DNA of 32,000 nt from Candidatus Iainarchaeum sp. GTDB lineage: Archaea > Iainarchaeota > Iainarchaeia > Iainarchaeales > JAZDEL01. Every line of letters starts with the position of its first letter. Position 1 is the stretch's first letter. A model generated the notes under the pieces. The model saw only the letters and a list, made by a program, of their open reading frames with translations, was not told the origin of the DNA and did no database searches. The stretch covers positions 180,001 to 212,000 of the forward strand of contig JAZDEL010000002.1 of the NCBI GenBank assembly GCA_043808785.1, written 5' to 3'. A program made the position numbers and the translations under genes. Shown here piece after piece: positions 31,628 to 32,000 of this stretch.

Positions 31628-32000
31628 ATGGACGAAAAAGAAATGCAGCAGACCGTGGCGGAATTCGAGAGGGGCAGGGCACAGCTCATGAACGTTTCCG
31701 CGCAGAAGCAGCAGTTGCAGCTCCAGTCCGCGGCAATTAACGCTTCGCTGGAGGAGCTCGGAAAGACAAAGGAAAAGAAGGTTTACAAGGCCGCAGGGAG
31801 CATCCTTGTGCTGAAGGATATTGCGGATGCGAAAAAGGAACTTGCGGACCAGAAGGAATCCACGGAACTGAGGCTCAAGACAGTGCAGAAGCAGGAGGAC
31901 GCGCTCCTCGACAAGCTGAATAAATTGAGGTCCAAGATAGAGGGGGCGCGGAAGCCAGAGGCAAATGCCGAAGGCAAGAAAGAAGAGAAGGGGAAGAAGT
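31628..32000 (+). CDS. pfdB: Prefoldin beta subunit (3' end outside the window)
   Basis: Hand translation gives MDEKEMQQTVAEFERGRAQLMNVSAQKQQLQLQ...KKVYKAAGSILVLKDIADAKKEL...LRLKTVQKQEDAL. This is coiled coil, beta hairpin, coiled coil. A GGAGGT RBS is present. The frame is open to the window end. Confidence 0.8.
   Translation, partial: MDEKEMQQTVAEFERGRAQLMNVSAQKQQLQLQSAAINASLEELGKTKEKKVYKAAGSILVLKDIADAKKELADQKESTELRLKTVQKQEDALLDKLNKLRSKIEGARKPEANAEGKKEEKGKK

Overview
Archaeal chromosomal segment, moderately GC-rich, with no rRNA, CRISPR array, transposase or integrase visible. The archaeal assignment rests on MCM helicase, aIF5A plus deoxyhypusine synthase, an Sm protein, an intron-containing tRNA, and TATA boxes about 27 nt upstream of apparently leaderless ATGs. 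The lineage cannot be assigned by eye. Left part: a very large Cys-rich surface protein (5' partial), mcm, a hypusination cluster (speB-dys, with aIF5A nearby), metG and a GpgS-like glycosyltransferase fused to a HAD phosphatase. Middle, accessory-looking part: an FkbM methyltransferase, a HEPN/MNT toxin-antitoxin pair, and a same-strand string of NYN, a DUF4388-like gene, a Roadblock-like gene, MinD and Sm. It also holds tRNA-Ala(GGC) with a 23-nt intron, a long coiled-coil protein, tRNA-Val(GAC), a class I methyltransferase and a TtuA/NcsA-type tRNA thiolase. Right part: the conserved archaeal exosome/proteasome superoperon (rpl15e, rnp3, HD, pop5, psmA, SBDS, rrp4, rrp41, rrp42, rpl37ae, rpoP, pcc1, pfdB). 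It is interrupted by two opposite-strand insertions of unrecognisable genes. The best candidates for something undescribed are: (i) the MinD module with Roadblock/DUF4388-like partners; (ii) the 2.1-kb island between pop5 and psmA, which carries an Arg-rich-arm protein, an acylphosphatase-like protein and a 39-aa antitoxin-like peptide; (iii) a ~46-nt hairpin element found behind tRNA-Val and, inverted, inside a duplicated rrp4 start; (iv) a cluster of four perfect hairpins at 23.5 kb. All homology calls are by eye from motifs. None has been checked against a database.
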